Shown here: in pieces, positions 1-9,315 of the stretch | How the letters are laid out: each line of letters begins with the position of its first letter | Numbering within the stretch: the stretch's first letter is position 1 | DNA from: a virus | Taxonomy: Duplodnaviria > Caudoviricetes | Length of the DNA: 50,307 nt | Strand: one strand, 5' to 3' | Virus record (IMG/VR): IMGVR_UViG_3300037045_000218 | Span: 1-50,307 of that record | The notes under the pieces: generated by a model | Databases searched by the model: none | What the model was told of the DNA's origin: nothing | What the model saw: the letters and a program-made list of their open reading frames with translations, nothing else | Program-made: the position numbers and the translations under genes

Positions 1-174
1 GGATCTGCTCGCGATTTTTTTCTACATTTTGGCTCATCATCCCACGATCACCGCCTTGATTTGATACTTCCATTATACCAAAAAAAGACCTGAAAGTCTT
101 GATAATACTAGCTTTCAAGGTCAAAAATATAGAAATATCCGAAGCGTTAACTTCGGATTTTGTCGACAGTCTGA
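1..174 (-). mobile_element. Left end of an IS1182-family-like insertion sequence with transposase start (MMSQNVEKNREQI..., ATG at 40) running off the window
   Basis: Minus-strand ORF start resembles clostridial IS1182 transposase N-termini; terminal-like sequence CAGACTGTCGACAAA at ~159-173. Confidence 0.6.
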
Positions 175-413
175 GACACTTCCTTCGAAGTGCCTTAAAT
201 TTACTCTTATGGAAAAACGAGAACAATGTAGAACGCAAAGATTAAATGAATTAGAATGATAAAGCCTATTTAACAATGATTTTTAGAGACAGTCCATCTA
301 GATTCTTGTGAAAAAATCTCTGAATAATCGAATTATATCAAAGAAGAATCGCGGCGAGCACTCTCATGACATTTGATGATTATAGGAGGTGGGGAGGTCT
401 GCTTCTCATGGAT

Positions 414-458
414 ACGATCATACCAAAATAGATAGTTGAAATGTTTTGGTATGATCGT
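414..458. terminator. 15-bp perfect inverted repeat downstream of the aldo/keto reductase
   Basis: ACGATCATACCAAAA (414-428) / TTTTGGTATGATCGT (444-458). Confidence 0.5.
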
Positions 459-518
459 GCAATATTTTAATTGTATAATAACGGTTGATAAAACATTGCC
501 TAATTTACTAAAAAATAA

Positions 519-1511
519 TTATCGTTCGCTATCAAGCATTTTCATCTGTTGTGAATTATACCGTTCGCCGGCTACTGCTTCATGAGGAACAGCGGCTTCA
601 ATATCTATTATATCGGCAGGACTTAACTGCACGTCCATTGCACCTAGAGTGGACTGCAGCTGTAAAGGGGTACGGGATCCTATTACAGGAACGATATCTT
701 TCCCCTGGGATAAGACCCAAGCGATGGCAAGCTGTGAAACCGAAGTTTGTTTTTTATCGGCAATTTTACGTAAAGCTTCAATAAGAACCAGATTCTTTTC
801 CAAATTTTCTCCTGAAAAACGTGGGAATCCATTTCTATGGTCTTTTGTATTTGACAATCGCTGTTTACTCCAGGTTCCGCCTAATAATCCCCTTGATAGT
901 ACACCATAGGGGCAAAGTGTAATGCCTAACTCCCGCAATACAGGTAATATTTCTTTTTCAATACCACGACTAAAGAGTGAGTATTCCATTTGTAGCCAAC
1001 TTATGGGATGAACTTTATGAGCTCTACGTATATTCTCTACTCCAATTTCAGACAATCCAATATTACGGACATAGCCAGCCGTTACCATATCGGAAATGGC
1101 ACCAATAGTATCTTCGATAGGCACATCAGGATCGAGACGTGAAGGGTAATACATGTCAATATATTCAACTCCTAGCCGCTGCAGGGTATAAGCAAGATAA
1201 TTTTTGACGGCTCCAGGGCGACAATCTGGGGAGCCCCATCCACCGTCAGGGGTTCGCATATGCCCGAATTTCACGGAGATATATGCTTGATCCCTCTTCG
1301 AACCCTTGAGTGCTTCAGCCAAAAGCATTTCATTATGACCGGAACCATAGAAATCACCGGTATCAAATAGATTAATTCCTGCATCAAGAGCTTTATGAAT
1401 GGTAGCAATGCTTTCCCTTCGGTCTGAAACGCCATAGGTGGACATTCCCATACATCCTAAACCAACAGAAGTAACCCATTGACCGGCTTGTCCAATCCGT
1501 CTTTTTTCCAT
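519..1511 (-). CDS. Aldo/keto reductase (probably host gene outside the prophage)
   Basis: VGLGCMGMS, FDTGDFYG, ISVKFG, IGLSE, QMEYSL motifs; GAGGAG RBS before ATG at 1511. Confidence 0.92.
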   Translation of the reverse strand: MEKRRIGQAGQWVTSVGLGCMGMSTYGVSDRRESIATIHKALDAGINLFDTGDFYGSGHNEMLLAEALKGSKRDQAYISVKFGHMRTPDGGWGSPDCRPGAVKNYLAYTLQRLGVEYIDMYYPSRLDPDVPIEDTIGAISDMVTAGYVRNIGLSEIGVENIRRAHKVHPISWLQMEYSLFSRGIEKEILPVLRELGITLCPYGVLSRGLLGGTWSKQRLSNTKDHRNGFPRFSGENLEKNLVLIEALRKIADKKQTSVSQLAIAWVLSQGKDIVPVIGSRTPLQLQSTLGAMDVQLSPADIIDIEAAVPHEAVAGERYNSQQMKMLDSER

Positions 1512-1772
1512 AACAATCCATCTCCTCAATTGAAAATATTATATATCATAAGAACAAGCTGTAAATTTGCTTATTTGGGTGTATTAAGCGAATCTCAGAT
1601 CTTTTCATATTAAAATGTGCAATATTGACAACAAGGACCATTCGTTTCAGGTGAAATTCGATTATACTTGAATTGATAGGGTGTTACTATTTGCAGCTTT
1701 AAAATAGATATAATCTTATTAAACTTCTTTTCTAATCTAGATTATTTCTATTAAGAATAAAACTCATGGCGA

Positions 1773-1910
1773 ATCTACTACAAAATGATACAATGCACAC
1801 CCCTTAGCCAAAGCCCAACGATTTGAGAAAGAGGGGTGTGCATTTTTTCAGGGTGTGCAATCAAAAGCATAGTCTTTTCAAAATTCGTGATCTGAGACCA
1901 TTGTATCAAG
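1773..1910. repeat. Candidate prophage terminus: inverted repeats plus a 19-bp direct repeat shared with 5568-5586
   Basis: AATGCACACCCCT (1792-1804) / AGGGGTGTGCATT (1832-1844), third GGGTGTGCA at 1851; TGATACAATG (1786-1795) / CATTGTATCA (1899-1908). Confidence 0.5.
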
Positions 1911-2087
1911 CTAAGTTTACTACAGTTATTTTTCACTTTTATACGAACTTAATTTTTTCTTTGTTTCTAAGTATGATTTTTGAACTACAACTTTCAATTT
2001 ATCTGTCAGTTTACATCGAACCATTTATTAAGATAATTATATTTCACAAAACCACTAATTTCCAATAACCTAGCATAACCTTTTATC

Positions 2088-3155
2088 CTACATTGAATCA
2101 ATCTTTCTTATTTCATCAACTATTCTCTTGAGTTTACTGATTTGTATACTAATTTCGTTAAATTCGACATTCTTCAAACTATGAACAATATTGTTTCTAA
2201 ATGCATTTAAGGTTTTTATTTCATTATACAAAGATTTGGAATATAAATTGAGGTTTTCACTATTCTTTATTACATTTGCTAATGATTCGTAGCGATTATA
2301 TTTAGAATAATTTCTTAACTTTTCATCAAGTTCATTCCATAATAGTAGAAAGTCCCCAACGTCACCGTCATGAAACCCTCTATTATTTTCTGTTTTAACC
2401 TTATCAGCGATTTCTAAAAATTTGTCATCATCAGGATATAGAAACCATCGCCTAAGTGGCGAGAAATCAGTACCCCAGAATGACTCATTATTTGGGAACT
2501 TAAACTTTCCAACAAGTCGCGAATTAAAGTCTAATTCATTTTTACTCTTAGAATCATAGATATAAGTAATATCTGTTGTCCCAGCAACAAAGCCTTCTTG
2601 ATAATAGGGTCTTTTAGCATCAGGAGGCGATATACTTAATAATCTTATTAATATCACATCCTCTTCTGAATTAACAGTTATCCTATTGGAGAGATATGGT
2701 AGACCTAACACGTAAATATACCCATAGTCCTCCTTGCTCTCCAGAACTGCAAATGTACACGCAACTTGCAAAGAATGAGTAATATCTAAATAGGGTGTAT
2801 CACATACACCATAATGTTGCAATATACTCCATTGAATCTGTTGTTTACGCTTCAACTCATTGATTCCACTTAATTTATAGCCCTTTGCTACTTCAACTAG
2901 TAATTTTGATGATGAGTCTAATAATTTAAAACGACTCATTATTTCGTCTTCAGTCAATTTTCCTCTGTAAATAGAAGGATATATTGAAGTAGTATTATTT
3001 GAGTTCACATAATCTGTATTTTGTCCTCGATAATACAATATAAGAAATGGGTTCTCATAAGAAATATGTGCAATCTTCTCAAGTAATTCCACATACGTGT
3101 TTACATGTATTGGAATGTCAGTTGCGATTTTTTTAGCGTTTTCAATTGCCTTCAT
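2088..3155 (-). CDS. FRG-domain protein with C-terminal HEPN-like helical domain
   Basis: YYRGQ, LQHYGVCDTPYLDIT...VACTFA, RPYYQEGF (FRG); FLLLWNELD...FRNNIVH (RxxxxH). Confidence 0.8.
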   Translation of the reverse strand: MKAIENAKKIATDIPIHVNTYVELLEKIAHISYENPFLILYYRGQNTDYVNSNNTTSIYPSIYRGKLTEDEIMSRFKLLDSSSKLLVEVAKGYKLSGINELKRKQQIQWSILQHYGVCDTPYLDITHSLQVACTFAVLESKEDYGYIYVLGLPYLSNRITVNSEEDVILIRLLSISPPDAKRPYYQEGFVAGTTDITYIYDSKSKNELDFNSRLVGKFKFPNNESFWGTDFSPLRRWFLYPDDDKFLEIADKVKTENNRGFHDGDVGDFLLLWNELDEKLRNYSKYNRYESLANVIKNSENLNLYSKSLYNEIKTLNAFRNNIVHSLKNVEFNEISIQISKLKRIVDEIRKIDSM

Positions 3156-3261
3156 GTCAACACTTCACTCTTCTATTAAACTTAAAATTATTCAAAACAC
3201 TCTTATATCAATGAATCAAATAGTAATTGTATTTTATCTAATGACTTCTGCACCTCAACTT

Positions 3262-3513
3262 TCAATTTGTCAATGTGATGAACAAACTCCTTAAATCTTT
3301 CCGATTTTCAATAGAAGGAACAATAACGTTCAAATCATTTAAGATTTTCAGATTTATGTTTTTCTGTGCTGATTCAGGTGCTTGTTTTTCTAAGAGCTGC
3401 TGGAAAAATGCAAACCAGTAATAAATGAAAACATTGTTTGTACTTGCATTCGGATCAAAACCAACATCACTGTCAGGAAAACAAGCATCGAAACTCAAAA
3501 TACTCGTTTTTGT
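3262..3513 (-). pseudogene. hsdS: Fragment of type I restriction specificity subunit
   Basis: KTSILSFDACFPDS..GF and APESAQKNINLKILNDLNVIVPSIE resemble an HsdS TRD/conserved-region junction; truncated next to an IS remnant. Confidence 0.7.
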
Positions 3514-3536
3514 GGGTGGTAAGCTGATTTTACAGT

Positions 3537-3749
3537 TGAGGGGGTGCGGACAAAAACCTGGACTTAAAAAAAATTCAGGAGGTGCGCATGTTTTCCTATA
3601 AAGAAAGAATGAAGGCAGTAAAACTACTCATACAGTATGATATGAGTTACGCTACAGCGACTCGTGAGTTGGGATATCCTACGAGGAGTATTAGCCTATC
3701 CCCTTGCAAAAAACTGACTTTCAAATTCACAAAACAAGATAGACCTTAG
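3537..3749 (+). mobile_element. Truncated IS3-family element (left end and OrfA N-terminus)
   Basis: TG-initiated end at 3537, GGAGG RBS, ORF 3588-3749 MFSYKERMKAVKLLIQYDMSYATATRELGYP typical of IS3 OrfA HTH, then similarity is lost. Confidence 0.7.
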
Positions 3750-3778
3750 AGATGCAAATTGACTAATTGAGCGAAATT

Positions 3779-4330
3779 CTAACTAAAGACTCTCCACATT
3801 TCGGATTCTGCTTCTCTTACAACATTTGTGATTTCAGCATATTTTAAAAACCCTCGACCGGCTTGTATGGCTCCGAATAATATCGCACCCCAAGTTATCG
3901 TGTACGAATCTCCATTAGCTGCTGCTAAATAACTACCAACACTAATAATTAAGCCACCCAAAAACCAAGCCAACCCAATTAGCGCAGATTTTCTTGCTGC
4001 ATCTTTATATGGTTCAACTTGAGCATACAGCCTATGTATATAGTTTTCTATATCTGCTGCAGTAACGCTATCTTCATTATAATCCTCTGTCGAATAACCG
4101 TTATAATCATACAAGTCGTAGGCAGCCCTATATGTATCCCAGTGATTTTTCTTAATTGGATCTGAAAGTATTGAGTAGGCTTCTGCTGCTTCTCGAAATT
4201 GAGCCGTCAGTTGTGAATTTCCATTGTTTAAATCAGGATGTGAGCTTTTAGCTATTCGACGAAAAGCTGCTTTAATTTCTGCGATCGAAGCATGCTCTGC
4301 GACACCGAGTATTTTGTAAGGATTGTCCAT
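3779..4330 (-). CDS. J-domain (DnaJ-like) membrane protein
   Basis: NPYKILGV...SHPDLN...AYSILSD with HPD motif; two C-terminal hydrophobic helices. Confidence 0.85.
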   Translation of the reverse strand: MDNPYKILGVAEHASIAEIKAAFRRIAKSSHPDLNNGNSQLTAQFREAAEAYSILSDPIKKNHWDTYRAAYDLYDYNGYSTEDYNEDSVTAADIENYIHRLYAQVEPYKDAARKSALIGLAWFLGGLIISVGSYLAAANGDSYTITWGAILFGAIQAGRGFLKYAEITNVVREAESEMWRVFS

Positions 4331-4597
4331 TTAATTACCCACTCTCTTCATTTTAATTTATATGCTAAACATCTTTTCACGGTATTGATATATCTACAAC
4401 TAACCAATTTGCAAACCACACTCGAAAACTTTGTCAGATAGAAAACATGCTTATTTTGACGGCTCTCATTTTTAACTAAACTGTTAGATTTTGAGAAAAC
4501 ATCCATTGGGGGCAAAAGTTTCCACACCCAGTTTAAATACCAAATTTTACTTGGTTTTAAATTCAACGCTTGGAAAGAACTGTAGTGATAATTATAA

Positions 4598-5320
4598 CTA
4601 TCCTTCTGACTTATTTTCTTCGTTGTCAGAAGGTTTTTTCTTAGCAAAAGGTTTACCAATTTTCTCAATAAAGTCATGTCGCTCTTTTTCCTTTTGTGCT
4701 TTTATTGCTTTGCTAGCTAAAACTACTTCATCATTAACGTAATAAACCCAAATACGGTCACCCACATTTAATCTTATTCCCACTTTTTTTTCATTTGAAT
4801 ACGTAAGCTTTGTAACTTGCCCGTCTACTTTCTCAGCGAAGACAACATTGGGTTGTTCCAGTTTTTCAGTAATTTTTAATCCCAAAGCTTCCAAATCTTC
4901 TCGAGCATCATAGATATTTAAACCTATAACGATTGGTACTTTAAATTCCTGAGGAACGTTTTCTAATAGATGTCTGCTTTTATCAATTACTTCTTGTGTC
5001 AAATAATAAACTTTAATAGTTGTTCCTGGATTGACGCGAGACCCAAACCTTGGTTCAGTACTCATCACTTCATTTTCAGATTCATCTGCATAGGCTGAGC
5101 TTGGATTTGCGATCGCAGGTGTCGGTATTAAATTAAGATCCTCTTTCAAGATTCTTAAAGCTTCATCGATATGAATATCTTTCAGATCCGGAATCTTCAC
5201 TAGGCTTTTCTGTTTTTCAACTAAGTCATTTCCGATCTTTGCACCTAATTCTATAAGTTCTGGAGCGAATACTTTTGCTACTGCTTTCCCACCTTTTAGT
5301 ACTGTATTCCATTTGCCCAT
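4598..5320 (-). CDS. Two-PASTA-domain protein
   Basis: VKIPDLKDIHIDEA...VMSTEPRFGSRV and KVPIVIGLNIYDAREDLEALGL repeats. Confidence 0.7.
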   Translation of the reverse strand: MGKWNTVLKGGKAVAKVFAPELIELGAKIGNDLVEKQKSLVKIPDLKDIHIDEALRILKEDLNLIPTPAIANPSSAYADESENEVMSTEPRFGSRVNPGTTIKVYYLTQEVIDKSRHLLENVPQEFKVPIVIGLNIYDAREDLEALGLKITEKLEQPNVVFAEKVDGQVTKLTYSNEKKVGIRLNVGDRIWVYYVNDEVVLASKAIKAQKEKERHDFIEKIGKPFAKKKPSDNEENKSEG

Positions 5321-5603
5321 TTTCTACTCTCCTTATAATTATTGCTTGTTTTAGATATCGAAATCATTTAAGGCAACAAGTTTTTCGTAATTTACAGCAC
5401 TCAAAAATATTTTCCAATCTTTTTACCACTATTTATAAAAATACCATATTTATAAATTTCCGTCAAATGAATCAAAATCATACAAATTTATTTCTAAAAA
5501 TAAACCGCATCAAAACCTTACGCGGCGTCTATAGTACTATTACAGATTTCGTGGAATGAAATAGCTCATCTACTACAAAATGGTACTAAGTACAATATGA
5601 TTT

Positions 5604-6617
5604 TTAACTCCACGTTTTGATTTTCAATATATCTGCAATTGTTTCTGTTTCCGGTATCTGTGCAGTTTCAAGGATTTGCGTCAAATCAAAGATACGTGTA
5701 CCCATAGGAGCCCTAGGCGTGATTTTCTTGAAATCTGTTTCGTAAAATTTCTCAACGAAGAAATATCTATGCTTAGTAGACCTTAAATCATATCCATGTT
5801 CATCGCCATCTTCGATAGATCTAAGGATCTTATTTCTCCTCTCCTCGGTCAACTCGCCATATTCTGACTCATATTGTAATTCACCATCAGTTTCAATTGC
5901 TAAAATACGCGCACAAACCTTACCAATAGCGCGAATACTTTTATTTTTATATAGGCTTAAATAATCATGAGCTCTAAATCCACGTTCTGCTTTATCATAA
6001 TAAACATTTTCATTCACATTAAAATTAAGAGTTACACCTGCAAGCTGCATCCTCATGTATTTCCATGAATCTGAAACTGTAATTAAGCCATCATTATAGC
6101 AATAGTTCAAATAATCGTCCAAAACTTCCTGCATTTCATAATCTCTATCATCAATCACTTCCTGGATAGCATTCGCAAGATTTTCAAAAGTAGTATTTAT
6201 ATGAATAATATGATGCTTTTGACCAGAGTTGTAATTCTTCAGATGGAGTTCAAATTCATTTTTCTTATTTTCTGCCATTAGTTCAGGAGCTAATGTAAGC
6301 ATCACTTTGTACTTTTCATCTTTGAATGATTCCAAATGCTTCATGAGCTGAACAGAATAAAACCAATCCCACATTTTCGTTTCAACGACTATCTTAAAGC
6401 TCTCTTGTGTGATCGTTGCATCAGGAACACTATTTACGCTTTTCTCTTGCAAAGTAAATACAATTTCTGGTTCGAAAGTATCAGAGAAAACTTCGGACTT
6501 TAGAAAACGAAAAAACTTATCCGAAGAATATTGATATAAACGTGATAATAACAACATGGTATTTGCGGTAGCTACATTTTCTTTTGCATGGTATCGCTGA
6601 AAATAATGAATTCTCAT
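5604..6617 (-). CDS. Putative PD-(D/E)XK nuclease
   Basis: KEN..T N-terminal helix and SVPDATI...IVVETK motif. Confidence 0.6.
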   Translation of the reverse strand: MRIHYFQRYHAKENVATANTMLLLSRLYQYSSDKFFRFLKSEVFSDTFEPEIVFTLQEKSVNSVPDATITQESFKIVVETKMWDWFYSVQLMKHLESFKDEKYKVMLTLAPELMAENKKNEFELHLKNYNSGQKHHIIHINTTFENLANAIQEVIDDRDYEMQEVLDDYLNYCYNDGLITVSDSWKYMRMQLAGVTLNFNVNENVYYDKAERGFRAHDYLSLYKNKSIRAIGKVCARILAIETDGELQYESEYGELTEERRNKILRSIEDGDEHGYDLRSTKHRYFFVEKFYETDFKKITPRAPMGTRIFDLTQILETAQIPETETIADILKIKTWS

Positions 6618-6776
6618 AATTGCTGATCTCCTGACTTTATCTTTTCAAAGCTTCTAGTTGGTCTAAGAAGCAAAGTGATGAAACTTCAATGTGATAATGG
6701 TGTCCAATTTCTGACTTACAGTAATATATGAGCATTATCTTTCATCATGCTCTTAATCAAAACTACTTTCAAATAT

Positions 6777-8081
6777 TTACCACCAATATCTATATCTTTT
6801 TAACTTTTTTTGATCCTCATCTTTGCTATGTTCCCTAACGCCAAACACCTCATCTTCTTTGGCTGTAATTGGATCGAACCAGTCGGCTTTGCCTTTGGCC
6901 CATTTCACCCATTGATGAACTTCTTCAGTAAGTTCATATTTTCTATCACCTTCGATAGCTGCAATGTAACACCTAATTCTGCATGCTCTTTCATAATCAA
7001 GAGCTTCATTCTCAAGAGCCCAAGTCTTTTCAACTTCAATATCATGAAGTCGTTCCCGCTGTTCTTTTAAGCGTTGCGCTTCTTGACGTTTCAGTTCTTC
7101 TTCCTCTTTTTTCAGTCTTTCGATTCTAACATCTTCTGATTTTTTATAAACAGCAATTAAAATTTTATCAAGCATATCTTCAACTTTTCCATATCCGCTA
7201 TCTCGGAAATACTCACTATTGCTTATAATGATCTTAATTTTTCCATTAAAAAAGTAATCATACTTTCTAATATTAGGCTTGCGCCAGTTTCTATTTTCAT
7301 ACTCGGCTACTTCTTTAGCTTCCTTCTTTGAAAGTATGTGCTCTGCTTTATCTTGGGCTTCCACTATGTCAAAGGGTACTCGCTCACCTCGTATCTGCAA
7401 CGAAAGATCTTGATTTACCGCACCGCCCAACTTCTCAACCTGCCTATAAAGCCTATCTAGAAGAATGAAAACTCGCGGCAGTGTTTTTTTTGATAAAGTT
7501 CCAGCTAAAAAAGGGGGTTTCTTAGAGAAATTGCTCAAACTTCTCTGCGCGAATTCGTATTTAATATCTTTATCGTTCCATTCTTTTATAATCTTCTTAT
7601 ATTCTGTTATCTTACTGTGTAAGCTTGTTTTACCTCCAAGAGACGACAAATTATTAGCGACAATTAAAACCTTTATCCTCTCTTCTTCGGTTAAAAAGAG
7701 TAGCTGTGCGTCAAAATTTTCTAATATATTAGCCTTATCCATACTCTCAATTTGCTTAATTGGTGAACTGTCATCAATGACAATTGTTGTTGGGCTTTCA
7801 ATTTCAACCTTGACAACTTGTAGATTTTTCTTTGATACTTCTTTTGGTAATACAATAATCAAGCCTTCCTCACCAACTAAAGCTGCTATCGAAACTGTTT
7901 TTCCAAAACTGATCTGAGTCCAATAACCAGAAGGTGGCACAGGTATATTGTTTTCTTTGCAAATGCCCAACAATTTCCCGTATGGCACATTATATTTTTT
8001 AGATACTTTCACCGCTGACATTGCCCAGATTTCATCATAAAGTTCTTTCCGCGTCATCCGAATCTCATGTTCATCTGCCAT
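6777..8081 (-). CDS. Hypothetical protein with N-terminal HTH-like region and coiled coil
   Basis: 434-aa ORF; TRKELYDEIW...NIPVPPSGYW N-terminus seen in mobile-element hypotheticals; C-terminal WAKGKADWFDP. Confidence 0.6.
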   Translation of the reverse strand: MADEHEIRMTRKELYDEIWAMSAVKVSKKYNVPYGKLLGICKENNIPVPPSGYWTQISFGKTVSIAALVGEEGLIIVLPKEVSKKNLQVVKVEIESPTTIVIDDSSPIKQIESMDKANILENFDAQLLFLTEEERIKVLIVANNLSSLGGKTSLHSKITEYKKIIKEWNDKDIKYEFAQRSLSNFSKKPPFLAGTLSKKTLPRVFILLDRLYRQVEKLGGAVNQDLSLQIRGERVPFDIVEAQDKAEHILSKKEAKEVAEYENRNWRKPNIRKYDYFFNGKIKIIISNSEYFRDSGYGKVEDMLDKILIAVYKKSEDVRIERLKKEEEELKRQEAQRLKEQRERLHDIEVEKTWALENEALDYERACRIRCYIAAIEGDRKYELTEEVHQWVKWAKGKADWFDPITAKEDEVFGVREHSKDEDQKKLKRYRYWW

Positions 8082-8214
8082 TATTGTCTCTCGTTTCTTT
8101 ATTTTATTTAATCATGAAGTAAGTTTTCGGGCTAATTTTTGTTTAAGATCCATATAATCGCCGATTGTATAAATCGCAATTTGTTCACAGTACCTGATTG
8201 CATTTTTCAAATCT

Positions 8215-9027
8215 TCATATTTTATCTTTAATCTTCATTTTATCTTCAGGTAAATTCTTAACATGCATTCTTCTATGGCAATTTGGACATAAGGCTACTG
8301 TATTTTCTATAGTGTCACTTCCCCCTTGGGATAGCCACTCGACATGATGGCATTCCAAATATGGTTTACCTTCGTTATCATGAAAGGGCGCTTGTTTCTC
8401 GCATAATTGACAAATGCCGTTGGCTCTACGCTTAGCGTATTCTGCAACATAAACGTCTCTTATAAAAGCATTGCTTAATACAAACCGACTGCTTACTTTG
8501 TTACTGCCATTGTATTCAGCTCGTTTTCTAAGTTCGCTAAGCGGCAACTTTTGTGCCGACTTTTCCTTACTTTTTAAATATTCTTCTATAGAAGTCTCAT
8601 AAACATTTTGTGCGTCTGTTTGTACTTTAAGCGGAAACATCCATACCTTTCTTGGTAGCCCGTCATCCCCTATTTGTGTTTCTTGATAAGGTTGTTCAGT
8701 GAGATTAACGATCCCTCTATAAATATACTGAGTTGGGACAAGCACTTCAAATAAGTGAACGTTGACACCATTAGTGGCAGATTCTGCTAAAGTTCTGTTT
8801 TGCATAAAATTGATATCTTGATCGCCTTTTTTACCCATCCCGGTATAATGAAGTATATCCTCATACCATTTATCATCGTAGAGTCCTTTTGTGTGATCAC
8901 TAATAATTACAAGTGAATTTGTAGCTCTTGAACGACGCATACCTCCCATATTGCCACATTTAAACTCTTCAATGAGATCGAAATGGCTTACAACACCACC
9001 AACAATGAGTTTTGTTAACATACTCAC
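8215..9027 (-). CDS. SRA-like domain + HNH endonuclease (putative modification-dependent type IV restriction enzyme)
   Basis: GGMRRS...YDDKW...HYTGMGKKGDQ (SRA-like); CQLC...YLECHHVEWLSQGGSDTIENTVALCPNCH (HNH). Confidence 0.8.
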   Translation of the reverse strand: MSMLTKLIVGGVVSHFDLIEEFKCGNMGGMRRSRATNSLVIISDHTKGLYDDKWYEDILHYTGMGKKGDQDINFMQNRTLAESATNGVNVHLFEVLVPTQYIYRGIVNLTEQPYQETQIGDDGLPRKVWMFPLKVQTDAQNVYETSIEEYLKSKEKSAQKLPLSELRKRAEYNGSNKVSSRFVLSNAFIRDVYVAEYAKRRANGICQLCEKQAPFHDNEGKPYLECHHVEWLSQGGSDTIENTVALCPNCHRRMHVKNLPEDKMKIKDKI

Positions 9028-9086
9028 AAATTCACCCTTTCTTGATAATCAAGATTCTGCGAATCTCACCCAGCTATACATTTCCA

Positions 9087-9165
9087 TATTTAACATTATA
9101 AAATATTTGTTGAAACATTACAATTCTAACTGTAAATTGACAGGACTTTGCAAGTATTTACTATT
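9087..9165 (-). promoter_or_regulatory. Sigma-A promoter module, copy 1 (heads the left cargo array)
   Basis: TTGTAA (9123-9118), 17 bp, TATAAT (9100-9095); homologous to 20353-20432. Confidence 0.7.
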
Positions 9166-9315
9166 CAAAGTTCCAATAGTTATCAGTTATGCTTTTGTTA
9201 ACAATAAGTACACCTACAAAAAGGTTTAACTATATTGTAACGCTGCGCTACTTTATCGTTAAACCATCCTTTGTAATTCTGTCTGCTATTTTAAGAAACA
9301 AAAGAGCCAAATTTC

